Program-made: the position numbers and the translations under genes
Notes under the pieces: model-generated
The model's input: only the letters and a program-made list of their open reading frames with translations
Told to the model about the DNA's origin: nothing
The model's database searches: none
DNA from: a virus
Taxonomy: Duplodnaviria; Caudoviricetes
Strand: one strand, 5' to 3'
IMG/VR virus record: IMGVR_UViG_3300015607_001184
Location: 4,082-68,081 of that record
DNA: 64,000 nt
In this document: positions 42,799 through 50,530 of the stretch, one piece after another
How the letters are laid out: each line of letters starts with the position of its first letter
How positions within the stretch are numbered: position 1 is the stretch's first letter

Positions 42799-43249
42799 TT
42801 AGCCTCGCAAACTCACCGAAATGCTCTTTGGCGGAAGCATCATATGCTGCTGCTGCCTGTTGCTCGGTTGCAAACAGTCCAAGGTGAATGCTCTTTCGGT
42901 TCACCTTGATTCCCGCTTGCCATTTGCGGCTGGCTTTGTTCCAACAGACGCCCTTGAAACTGGACGACGACCCCTTCTTGCTGGAGCTGTTCCGGCTGTT
43001 GCCGACGCGGTCGCAAAGCCGGAGGTTGACCTTCCGGTTGTCGAGTGGGTCGCCATTGATGTGGTCGACCCACACGCCATCGGGTGCGTCGATCACGTCG
43101 CGGTGGATGCCGCGCTTGATCTTGCCGCGCTGAATCGATCGGTGGACGTGTCCGCTTTGCTTCCGATGCCAGCGGAACGCCGACAGGCGCTCCACATCCT
43201 CGTCGTCAACCAGAACGGGCGTGCCGCAGTGTGTGTAGATGGTTCCCAT
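42785..43249 (-). CDS. HNH homing endonuclease with AP2 domain
   Basis: LVDDED, VDHINGDPLDNRKVNLR, SSFKGVCWNK...W.A.I....IHLGLF..E.QAA.AYD. Confidence 0.92.
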   Translation of the reverse strand: MGTIYTHCGTPVLVDDEDVERLSAFRWHRKQSGHVHRSIQRGKIKRGIHRDVIDAPDGVWVDHINGDPLDNRKVNLRLCDRVGNSRNSSSKKGSSSSFKGVCWNKASRKWQAGIKVNRKSIHLGLFATEQQAAAAYDASAKEHFGEFARLNAPA

Positions 43250-43251
43250 AG

Positions 43252-44328
43252 CTAGGCTCGGTGTTCGTCCCTGATCTCGACGCCCACCACCGGGACCCCG
43301 GCGGAGATCATCCGCTTGGCCGCCTTGCGAATCGCGTCGAGGAGGTCCGGCTGATCCGGCACCTGCTGGAGAATGTGCTGGGCCGCTGCGGCGGCGTCCG
43401 TCACCACGACAACCTGCACGGTCCGGAAGCCCTTGGGGGCCTCCCTTAGGGGCTCGGAAGGCACCGGGCCGTCCGCTACCTGAGCGGCAGCCTCGCGCGC
43501 CTTCTTGGCTTCCTCGCGGCGCTTCCTGTCGCGCTCCACGCGATAGGCTGTGAGGATGTCCGACAGGCGCTTCTTGACCGTGTCGGCGCGCTCGCGCACC
43601 AAGCGCCACTTGTCGTCGACAGCCTTCCCCGCCTTGACCAGAGGGTCCTTCTCGGCGCGGAACCCATCCTCGATGGTCTTCGCCACGTCGGCCACGAGCT
43701 TCTTGAACTGCTCGCCCTGCGCGTCCTTCTCTTCATTGTCCACGGCACCGATCTGATCGATCCACGCCTTGATGCGGCGCTCGACCGACTTCAGCTCATC
43801 AAGCGCGACTTCCTCGGGAAGGCCAGAATTGTGGCCGATGCCCGTGTAGACGGGCGCGTAGGACGGCTGATCGATTGTCTCGGTCTGTGTGACCTCGACG
43901 CCCGGACCGAAATGCTTCTCGGCTGCGACGACGACCTGCTGGATCGTTTCGGGACCGGAGGCTATCGCCGCCGCCGTCTTCGCGGCCTGCAGCGCCTTCC
44001 CCTCCTCGTCCTCGATGTGATCGATCCCGTCGGGCCACGGGTTCCCCGCCATCACGGAGGCGTAGATCGCCGCCCTGATGGGGCGCGTCGCGCAGTGCGT
44101 CCAGATCTCGTATGGATCGGTCTTGATCTCGCCGCGCAAGGCCTTCAGGCGACCGTCGTCGTCAATCCAGATTGCGACCGGGTCCCATCCCTTCCCATCG
44201 CGGCTCTTGGCCCTGTAGCGGCCCGGCTGCGGCTCGTTTTCATGGATGGGAAGGGTCGGCGTGCCAATCAGCTTCGGGTTGGCCAGCGCGTTGCGCCACC
44301 AGTCGTGTGGATCTGTCTTGATAGGCAT
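43252..44328 (-). CDS. Conserved early protein with coiled-coil C-terminus, possibly recombination-associated
   Basis: GAGGA RBS; PQPGRYR, WDPVAIW, AEKDPL.KAGKAVD.KW; next to bet. Confidence 0.6.
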   Translation of the reverse strand: MPIKTDPHDWWRNALANPKLIGTPTLPIHENEPQPGRYRAKSRDGKGWDPVAIWIDDDGRLKALRGEIKTDPYEIWTHCATRPIRAAIYASVMAGNPWPDGIDHIEDEEGKALQAAKTAAAIASGPETIQQVVVAAEKHFGPGVEVTQTETIDQPSYAPVYTGIGHNSGLPEEVALDELKSVERRIKAWIDQIGAVDNEEKDAQGEQFKKLVADVAKTIEDGFRAEKDPLVKAGKAVDDKWRLVRERADTVKKRLSDILTAYRVERDRKRREEAKKAREAAAQVADGPVPSEPLREAPKGFRTVQVVVVTDAAAAAQHILQQVPDQPDLLDAIRKAAKRMISAGVPVVGVEIRDEHRA

Positions 44329-44470
44329 CTTTGCAGTCCTCTCTGTCTCCGTCATGCGACGTGGCCCCATGGAAGAACGCCCAGATCAGGACGTTCAGCG
44401 CGGCCCACGCGGCGATCACAAGCCACCAGTCGTGGAACGCCTGTATCAGCACCGATCCCACGACAGTCAT
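44240..44470 (-). CDS. Small membrane protein
   Basis: TM WWLVIAAWAALNVLIWAFF; GGGGG upstream. Confidence 0.4.
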   Translation of the reverse strand: MTVVGSVLIQAFHDWWLVIAAWAALNVLIWAFFHGATSHDGDREDCKDAYQDRSTRLVAQRAGQPEADWHADPSHP

Positions 44471-44472
44471 TG

Positions 44473-44754
44473 TCACCCCCTTTTCCGTTTGATGTCCGAC
44501 CAGATGTCGCGGAGGATCTCCCCAAGAGACTGCCATCCCTCACCGGGAGCGTCCTCGGGCAGGCGTTCCGCGATCATCATCTTCAGCGTGAAGAAGACCG
44601 GCGTCAGGGCGGAGGCTCGGTTGTTCCACAGGAACCACTCTTCGCTGCCGTCTGGGTGCCGATCCCTCTCTGCCTTGTAGCGCAGATCCAGCTTCTCGAC
44701 ACTCTCCCTGAACTCGCGCAGGGCGTCAACGGGCTGTTCACTTGTCTGAAGCAA
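44473..44754 (-). CDS. Hypothetical protein
   Basis: GGAGGAGG before TTG. Confidence 0.55.
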   Translation of the reverse strand: MLQTSEQPVDALREFRESVEKLDLRYKAERDRHPDGSEEWFLWNNRASALTPVFFTLKMMIAERLPEDAPGEGWQSLGEILRDIWSDIKRKRG

Positions 44755-45010
44755 GGCGCCTCCTCCACCGGCCCGCAGCGAGGCCACCCTTGCGGCCAGC
44801 CTTAATCGCCAGTTCCCTGTTTTGGCTGAAGGCACGATTGTCGGCCTTCACGCTCTTGCCACCTTTGACGCCAGCTACGGAAGCCAGCACCTTGTTGCGG
44901 CTGAAGGACCGCTTCTCATGCGGAACGGCCTTCCCGCCCATGGATGCAATGCGGCGCCGCTCCTCAGGCGACATCACCGCAAACCCGCGTCTCTTTTTCT
45001 GCTCGCTCAT
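44738..45010 (-). CDS. KGG-motif general-stress-type protein
   Basis: RGFAVMSPEERRRIASMGGK, FSRNKVLASVAGVKGG, FSQNRELAIKAGRKGG. Confidence 0.88.
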   Translation of the reverse strand: MSEQKKRRGFAVMSPEERRRIASMGGKAVPHEKRSFSRNKVLASVAGVKGGKSVKADNRAFSQNRELAIKAGRKGGLAAGRWRRRLASDK

Positions 45011-45258
45011 GCTTTCCTCTTTTTCGAACCCGCCTTGACGATGGGCCTCTCGTACCCAAGGCACCTGACGACAGCTTCTACCGTGGCGTTGTTGGGACGC
45101 TTGGTGTTTCCAGCAAACCAGTTCTGCAGTGTCTGCTTGGTCACGCCGCTTTTTGCCTCGATATAGGCGTATGTAACTTTCTCATCCGCGATGATCGTTC
45201 GCAGATGATCGATGACAGGATCCTTGTCGATGAAATTATAACTCAGGTAAAGCTTCAC
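45007..45258 (-). CDS. XRE-family HTH regulator
   Basis: IEAKSGVTKQTLQNWFAG.TKRP..ATV..V...LG. Confidence 0.8.
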   Translation of the reverse strand: MKLYLSYNFIDKDPVIDHLRTIIADEKVTYAYIEAKSGVTKQTLQNWFAGNTKRPNNATVEAVVRCLGYERPIVKAGSKKRKA

Positions 45259-45291
45259 CTTGCTTCTCCCTTCTGTTGTCCACAGCTCAGG

Positions 45292-46038
45292 TCACGGAAC
45301 TACGCGGTAGACGGTCTTGCGCGGAACGCTCGGGTCGCCACGGCGATGGCCGCGCACATTGACCAGACGCCCGTCGCGCAGGCGCCGGGTGAATGGCCGC
45401 ACCTCGTGCTCGCACACCTTGCGGCCGGTCGGCTCGCCCTTGGGTTGCGCCAGAAGGCTGGTCAGGCTGGGGAGGGCGTCGCCGATCAGCACCGTCTCGG
45501 GCTTGGTCAGCGATACCGTGACCACGCGCTCGTGCCGATGGGCGTTCAGGCGCTGCCGAACCCCCTTGGGGGCAGCCCGGCGCATCTGGAACTCTTGCGG
45601 CCGGTTTTGTTCGAAATGCAGGTAGGTCATCACCCAGAGGCGGCACAAGTACACCACCGTCAGGTTCTGGTCATCGGCATCCTCATCGACCGGGATGAGA
45701 TCGCCACCCAGAGACTCGAACACCACTTCGACACCAGTGATGCCGCCAGTGACGATCCAGAGGCAGATGATGCTGTTCTCGCTGTCTCCATCCCAAAAGC
45801 CGAGCCGCATGATGAACGGTTCGATCCGGCTGACTTTGAAGATCCTGTCCATGTAGGCAAAATCGTCGGACCGGTCGCCAATCAGGTGGTCGAACTCGGC
45901 GCCCTTTCGAGCAAGGAGGCGCCACGCCTCGTGCGTGACATCAAGGCGGCGCAGCTTGCGCGGATCGCGCTGGCCGGGGCGCAGCGACAGGTTCAGCCAC
46001 GCCATGTCGCAGAATTTGTCAAAATCCATAGCCATCAC
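45292..46038 (-). CDS. Hypothetical phage protein with C-terminal HEVR..TRR...G..V.VRGH.RG motif
   Basis: GGAGGAG RBS; recurrent phage C-terminal motif. Confidence 0.6.
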   Translation of the reverse strand: MMAMDFDKFCDMAWLNLSLRPGQRDPRKLRRLDVTHEAWRLLARKGAEFDHLIGDRSDDFAYMDRIFKVSRIEPFIMRLGFWDGDSENSIICLWIVTGGITGVEVVFESLGGDLIPVDEDADDQNLTVVYLCRLWVMTYLHFEQNRPQEFQMRRAAPKGVRQRLNAHRHERVVTVSLTKPETVLIGDALPSLTSLLAQPKGEPTGRKVCEHEVRPFTRRLRDGRLVNVRGHRRGDPSVPRKTVYRVVP

Positions 46039-46310
46039 AGGCTCCTCCAGTCTTCGGGCCCCGACTGCTCGGCGAGAGCAAGAGCGGCGTCCATCGCGCC
46101 CTTGGCCTTGTCGCGCACGCGCTCGATCTCGGCTTCGTGCTTGGCACGGTCGACGCCGTACTCGGCGTCCCGTCCGATGTAGTCGCGAGGGTGCGGCGCG
46201 CTGAGAATCAGCGCGTCAAACAGCTGGTCGTAGGCCTTTTTCAGGGTCAGCTGATGGCGCACGAGGTCCTTCAGGCTGGTTCCGTTGACGTTGACGTGGG
46301 CGGCCATCAC
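46035..46310 (-). CDS. Conserved small phage protein
   Basis: VNVNGTS..L, APHPRDY. Confidence 0.6.
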   Translation of the reverse strand: MMAAHVNVNGTSLKDLVRHQLTLKKAYDQLFDALILSAPHPRDYIGRDAEYGVDRAKHEAEIERVRDKAKGAMDAALALAEQSGPEDWRSL

Positions 46311-46603
46311 GCAGCCTCCCCAAACTGAGGAACGGGCTTGATGGAGAAACGGGTCACCTCGGTGAGGCGCTGGAATTCCGGCAGGCGGTCGCCGAGGTAT
46401 TCCTTGACCTCTCCCTGATCGAGCACCAATGACGTGGTGGTCGTGATCGTGATGTTGAAGGCGCTGCCCTCCGCGACTTCGACGCGGCGCTTGCGCAATT
46501 CGGCCTTGAGAGCAGCCACACGGGCCTCGGCATCCTTGCGCTGCGCGTCGGCGGCGCCAAGCGCGTCGGCAATCTGGACGAGGGTCATCTTGGTCGGGGT
46601 CAT
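46307..46603 (-). CDS. Hypothetical early protein
   Basis: GGAGGA RBS; coiled coil then beta strands; first gene of leftward operon. Confidence 0.65.
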   Translation of the reverse strand: MTPTKMTLVQIADALGAADAQRKDAEARVAALKAELRKRRVEVAEGSAFNITITTTTSLVLDQGEVKEYLGDRLPEFQRLTEVTRFSIKPVPQFGEAA

Positions 46604-46648
46604 CGCAGTCCTCCGTTCTGACCAGATGAAGCTACACCAGATTGCCGC

Positions 46649-46677
46649 TTGACGCAATGCCTTTTTGGCATGATGAT
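46649..46677 (+). promoter_or_regulatory. Sigma70-type promoter containing an ATGCC-N5-GGCAT operator
   Basis: TTGACG, 17 nt, GATGAT; palindrome ATGCCTTTTTGGCAT at 46657-46671. Confidence 0.6.
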
Positions 46678-46683
46678 GAGGGT

Positions 46684-46968
46684 ATGAGGACTGCACCCAT
46701 CCCCATCATCCGGTTCATCCGCGAGCGCTACTTTCATGCGACGCAGGAGTCTTTTGCCGCCCTTCTGGGGGTGCATCAGGCCACGGTCGCGAAGTGGGAG
46801 CGCTCGACGTTCTCGCCGGACATCGATCTGCTGCGCCGCATCCGCAGCGCGGCGCATGGCGCTGGCCTGCATTGGCAGGATGACGTGGTTTGGGCCTATG
46901 CCATGGGAGACGGCAGCGTTTCTCCACAGGTGTGGATTACGCCGCGAATCCACCTAGACGAACCGTAG
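46684..46968 (+). CDS. Cro/XRE-like HTH regulator
   Basis: TQESFAALLGVHQATVAKWER; divergent from early operon. Confidence 0.85.
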   Translation: MRTAPIPIIRFIRERYFHATQESFAALLGVHQATVAKWERSTFSPDIDLLRRIRSAAHGAGLHWQDDVVWAYAMGDGSVSPQVWITPRIHLDEP

Positions 46969-47060
46969 CGCTCAGGCCAAGATCCCCGCCGCATCATGTG
47001 ATTCGGGGGTTTGATGACACTGCCGTGTCTGCCAACGCGCCAGCCGCCAGAAGGTTCCCC

Positions 47061-47522
47061 ATGACGGGGCACCCACCTGATCTGGTAGAGGCTGTCGTTA
47101 AGGAGTACGGCAGAAAACGTGCGCAGGACGTGGCGGCCGAATATGGCCTCCCGTCCCGATCATCTGTCATTGCACTCTGGTATCGGGCGAGGCGGTCTGG
47201 TCTGATTGACAAAAAGACGGCGGTCGCAAAGACCGTAGACAGATCAGATAAACAGAACAGGAAGTCATTGATGTCCGCCCCAGCCAGAAAACATGATCCC
47301 GAACCCGAACCGAGGGTTGCATTGCCTATCGATGGCGATCCGCAATCGCGCGGATGCAACATCATGGGCCTTCATTATTTGTCGTGCAGGTGGATCGTCC
47401 GTGGATCCGGCGTGTCCGCGATCTATTGCGGTGAGCGCAAGAGCAAGGGTGCCTACTGCACTGCGCACGCAAAGCTGGCCTATGTGCCGATCCGCCTCAT
47501 CCAGAGCAAGCGCGCCCGGTGA
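47061..47522 (+). CDS. gcrA: GcrA-like transcription regulator
   Basis: A..VA..YGL.SRSSVI N-terminal HTH; C-terminal L.Y.SCRWI....YCG....AYC.AH...AY. Confidence 0.8.
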   Translation: MTGHPPDLVEAVVKEYGRKRAQDVAAEYGLPSRSSVIALWYRARRSGLIDKKTAVAKTVDRSDKQNRKSLMSAPARKHDPEPEPRVALPIDGDPQSRGCNIMGLHYLSCRWIVRGSGVSAIYCGERKSKGAYCTAHAKLAYVPIRLIQSKRAR

Positions 47523-47956
47523 GACTGATGCGCGGGACGGTCCATCGCATTCCTTCTGGCCCGCCGACCCGCCGGGCGCTGAAGACCGCCGAGGACCGGC
47601 TGCAGGAAGCCTGCGTTGCGTGGGCTCGGACGCAGATGCCCAGCCTTCTGATCTTTGCCATACCGAACGGCGGGGCTCGCAGCAAGGCTCAGGGTGGCAT
47701 CTTGAAGGCGACAGGCGTGAAGCCCGGCGCCCCTGATCTATGCGCGGTGCTACCGGGTGGGCGTTGCCTTTGGCTGGAGGTCAAGACGCCGGAGGGGCGC
47801 CTCTCGCCGGATCAGCGCAAGTTTCACGCGGCTCTCGCGGAGCGCGGCCACACCGTGGTGACCGTCTACGGATTTGATGAGTTCCGTCAGGTTTTTGTCA
47901 GAGCCGGGATCTGGACCCCTAGAGGCGCCGATGGAAAGCGGGGGGATCCGCCATGA
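47519..47956 (+). CDS. VRR-NUC domain nuclease
   Basis: E..LQ, FAIPNGG.RS, GVKPGAPDL, LEVKT..GRLSPDQ..F. Confidence 0.88.
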   Translation: MRLMRGTVHRIPSGPPTRRALKTAEDRLQEACVAWARTQMPSLLIFAIPNGGARSKAQGGILKATGVKPGAPDLCAVLPGGRCLWLEVKTPEGRLSPDQRKFHAALAERGHTVVTVYGFDEFRQVFVRAGIWTPRGADGKRGDPP

Positions 47957-48432
47957 TACCTACAGCGGATCGCTTGCGCGAACTAGTGTCCTACGACCCA
48001 GAGACGGGTGTGTTCACCGCCTTAGTAAAGCGGAGAGGGCTTAACGTCGGCGAAAGCATCGGGACAGCACATCATTCGGGGTATCTTATTTGCAGCATCG
48101 ACGGCCACCGCAATTTGCTGATGCACCGTCTAGCATGGCTATACATGATGGGCGAGATGCCCGTTGCACAGATCGACCACCGCAACGGGAACAAGTCGGA
48201 TAACCGTTGGGAGAACCTTCGTCTGGCAACCTTTGGCCAGAACCAGATGAACAAGGGTGGTTGGAACAAGCATCTGAAGGGTGTCAACGCTGGTAAGAGG
48301 GGGTTCACCGCGCGAATCATGGCGTGCGGGCGCTCTTATTATTTAGGGCACTTCAAGACAGCGGAGGCCGCCCATGCCGCCTATCAAGAGGCAGCCACGC
48401 GGCTTCATGGCGATTTTGCGAGGCTGGCATGA
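47953..48432 (+). CDS. HNH homing endonuclease with AP2-like C-terminus
   Basis: YDPETG.F, HRLAWLYM.G, IDHRNGNKSDNRWENLR, YLGHFKT.EAAH.AY; low GC. Confidence 0.9.
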   Translation: MIPTADRLRELVSYDPETGVFTALVKRRGLNVGESIGTAHHSGYLICSIDGHRNLLMHRLAWLYMMGEMPVAQIDHRNGNKSDNRWENLRLATFGQNQMNKGGWNKHLKGVNAGKRGFTARIMACGRSYYLGHFKTAEAAHAAYQEAATRLHGDFARLA

Positions 48433-49025
48433 CCAGTTTCTCCGACTTCACAGACATCCCGCTCGGCCGCTACAGCGCCATTATGGCAGACCCGCCTTGG
48501 CGGTTCGCCACCTTCAGCGAGAAGGGGCGCGGGAAGTCGGCCGAGCGCCACTACCAGACGATGACGTTGGACGCCGTCAAGCATTTGGGCGTCGAGCGCA
48601 TCGCCGCCGCCGACTGCATGCTGTGGCTGTGGGCGACAGCGCCGATGCTCCCGCAGGCTCTGGAGGTCGTTGAGGCATGGGGATTCACCTACAAAACTTC
48701 CGGCGTCTGGGTGAAGACTACGCGGGGCGGCGCACCGGCTTTTGGAACAGGGTACATCCTGCGCTCCGCGCACGAGCCCTTCATCATCGCCACGCGCGGC
48801 AAGCCGCCGATCTGCTCGCGATCCATTCGCTCCGTGGTGATGGATCATCGTCGCGCCCACAGCCAGAAGCCAGACAGTGCCCGCGTCATGTTTGAGCGCA
48901 TGACGGTGCCGCAGCGCATCGAACTTTTCGCGCGAACCACCCCAGAGGACTGGGACGTGTTTGGCAACGAGACCGACCACTTCACGGAGGGCTGCCATGT
49001 CGAAGTCGCGGGTCAGGCTTCCTGA
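48429..49025 (+). CDS. MT-A70 family N6-adenine methyltransferase
   Basis: IMADPPW, HY.TMT, LWLWAT, V.EAWGF.YKT..VW.K, GTGY.LR..HE, HSQKP, RIELFAR. Confidence 0.92.
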   Translation: MTSFSDFTDIPLGRYSAIMADPPWRFATFSEKGRGKSAERHYQTMTLDAVKHLGVERIAAADCMLWLWATAPMLPQALEVVEAWGFTYKTSGVWVKTTRGGAPAFGTGYILRSAHEPFIIATRGKPPICSRSIRSVVMDHRRAHSQKPDSARVMFERMTVPQRIELFARTTPEDWDVFGNETDHFTEGCHVEVAGQAS

Positions 49026-49224
49026 CTACCTGATTGCAGAGGCAGAGCTTCTGGGGCTTCCGCCACCCGTGATGGAGGTCGGGGCTCGGCACCTGAAGGT
49101 CTACATCGACGGTCATCTGGTGACGGTCCTGTCGCACGGGTCCACGAAGGAGGGATGCCGCACGACGCGGCTGAACACGCTGCGCGCCATACGGCACTTC
49201 GCTCGGGAGCGCGCGCATGGATGA
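48997..49224 (+). CDS. Small protein, HicA-like pattern possible
   Basis: GGAGG RBS; G.RHLKV...G..VTV. Confidence 0.45.
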   Translation: MSKSRVRLPDYLIAEAELLGLPPPVMEVGARHLKVYIDGHLVTVLSHGSTKEGCRTTRLNTLRAIRHFARERAHG

Positions 49225-49447
49225 GATTACCCGGCAGGCGGACGAGATCGAGCTGCTCTGCGCCGAGCGGCGCGACCACATCGCCGCGATGAAGCGCAGC
49301 AAGAAGATCCACTACGCCCCGGAGATCATCGCCTTGGCCGAGGTCCGCTTGGACATCCTCCGCCGGGCCGCGCGCACCATGCGCGCCATCGCCAACAATG
49401 CCGAGGCCGTCAGGGCCGCGCTGAAGAAGGGAGTTAACCATGGTTGA
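49217..49447 (+). CDS. Hypothetical helical protein
   Basis: Coupled overlaps; GGAG upstream. Confidence 0.6.
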   Translation: MDEITRQADEIELLCAERRDHIAAMKRSKKIHYAPEIIALAEVRLDILRRAARTMRAIANNAEAVRAALKKGVNHG

Positions 49448-50216
49448 CTGGTTCCGCTCGTGGCACGGCGCTCCGATGGACGCCAAGTTTTTGGTCGTGG
49501 CGCGTAACGCAGGTGTAACGCCGGGTATCGTTTCGTGGCTGTTTTGGCACCTCTGCGACATCGCATCGAGCGACTCCGAGGACCGGGGAAGCATCTCTTC
49601 CTTCGACCCCGAAACCGCCTCGGTGTGGACGGGATGGCCGCAGGAACAGATTGAGTCAGCGCTTCATGCGATGCGTGAAAAAGGAATGATAACTAACGAA
49701 AATCGCTTACATAATTGGGAGAAGAGACAGCCGAAGCGAGAGGATGATTCGAGGGATCGTGTCAGAGCGTTTCGTGCACGGCGTGACGCAGAGAAACGCG
49801 ATGTAACGCAGTGTAACGCCCCAGAGGAGAAGAGAGTAGAGGAGAATCCCTCTACGGAAGAGTCTCCTCCGACTCCAACTGAGACTCGGACTCGTTCCTC
49901 GACGCGAAAAACTCGCGTCTCGGCGACCGAGCCTCCGCCGGGCTTCGACCTGTTCTGGCAGGCGTACCCCCGGCGAGACGCGAAGCGCGATGCGATGCAG
50001 GCGTTCCGCAAGGCGCTGGAGACAGGCGCCACGGCCGAGGAGCTGCTGCGCGGCGCCCGGTCCTACAGCGAGCACTGCAGCCGCCTGAAGGCCGACGAGA
50101 GGCGGTTCATCAAGCTTCCGGCGACATGGCTCAACAAGGGCTGCTGGGAGGACGAGGGGCTGTTCAGCCGGGCCAGCGGCTTCACGCTGTCGAAGCGCGC
50201 GGCGAGGGCGACATGA
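49440..50216 (+). CDS. Phage replication initiator / replisome organiser
   Basis: WFRSWHG..D.KF, I.NW.KRQ, FDLFWQAYPRR.AK, FIKLPATWLN.G.WED. Confidence 0.78.
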   Translation: MVDWFRSWHGAPMDAKFLVVARNAGVTPGIVSWLFWHLCDIASSDSEDRGSISSFDPETASVWTGWPQEQIESALHAMREKGMITNENRLHNWEKRQPKREDDSRDRVRAFRARRDAEKRDVTQCNAPEEKRVEENPSTEESPPTPTETRTRSSTRKTRVSATEPPPGFDLFWQAYPRRDAKRDAMQAFRKALETGATAEELLRGARSYSEHCSRLKADERRFIKLPATWLNKGCWEDEGLFSRASGFTLSKRAARAT

Positions 50217-50530
50217 GCGGCGCGGCGGATATCCTTGCCCGGGAGGGCATCCGGTGCTCGTCGGCGCCGGGCGACCACCACACCACCTGCCCTAGGTGTT
50301 CCTACTTACGCCGAAAGAAAACGCAGCGCTGCCTTTCGGTCACGGTGACGAATCAGGAAACGTTGTGGCTATGCTGGCATTGCGGCTTTTCGGGAGGACT
50401 GCGACATGACGGAAATCAATCCGGATCACAGACGATGGCTAATCGAGGAAAGGCGGCTGGACCCGGACGTGGTCCGACGCATGGGGATCTACTCCGTCGC
50501 GCGGCAGCCGGATGGGTCCGCCGTGCCTGA
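50213..50530 (+). CDS. Stand-alone primase zinc-binding domain
   Basis: TTCPRCS..R.K...CLSV, LCWHCGFSGG. Confidence 0.75.
   Translation: MSGAADILAREGIRCSSAPGDHHTTCPRCSYLRRKKTQRCLSVTVTNQETLWLCWHCGFSGGLRHDGNQSGSQTMANRGKAAGPGRGPTHGDLLRRAAAGWVRRA

Noticed and set aside
44738-45010. Counting the KGG stress protein among the virion GG-tag proteins
   Set aside because: Known separate family with different context (G.KGG) and early-operon location.
48997-49447. HicA/HicB-like toxin-antitoxin pair
   Set aside because: First ORF has only a weak HicA-like pattern and the second lacks HicB features.
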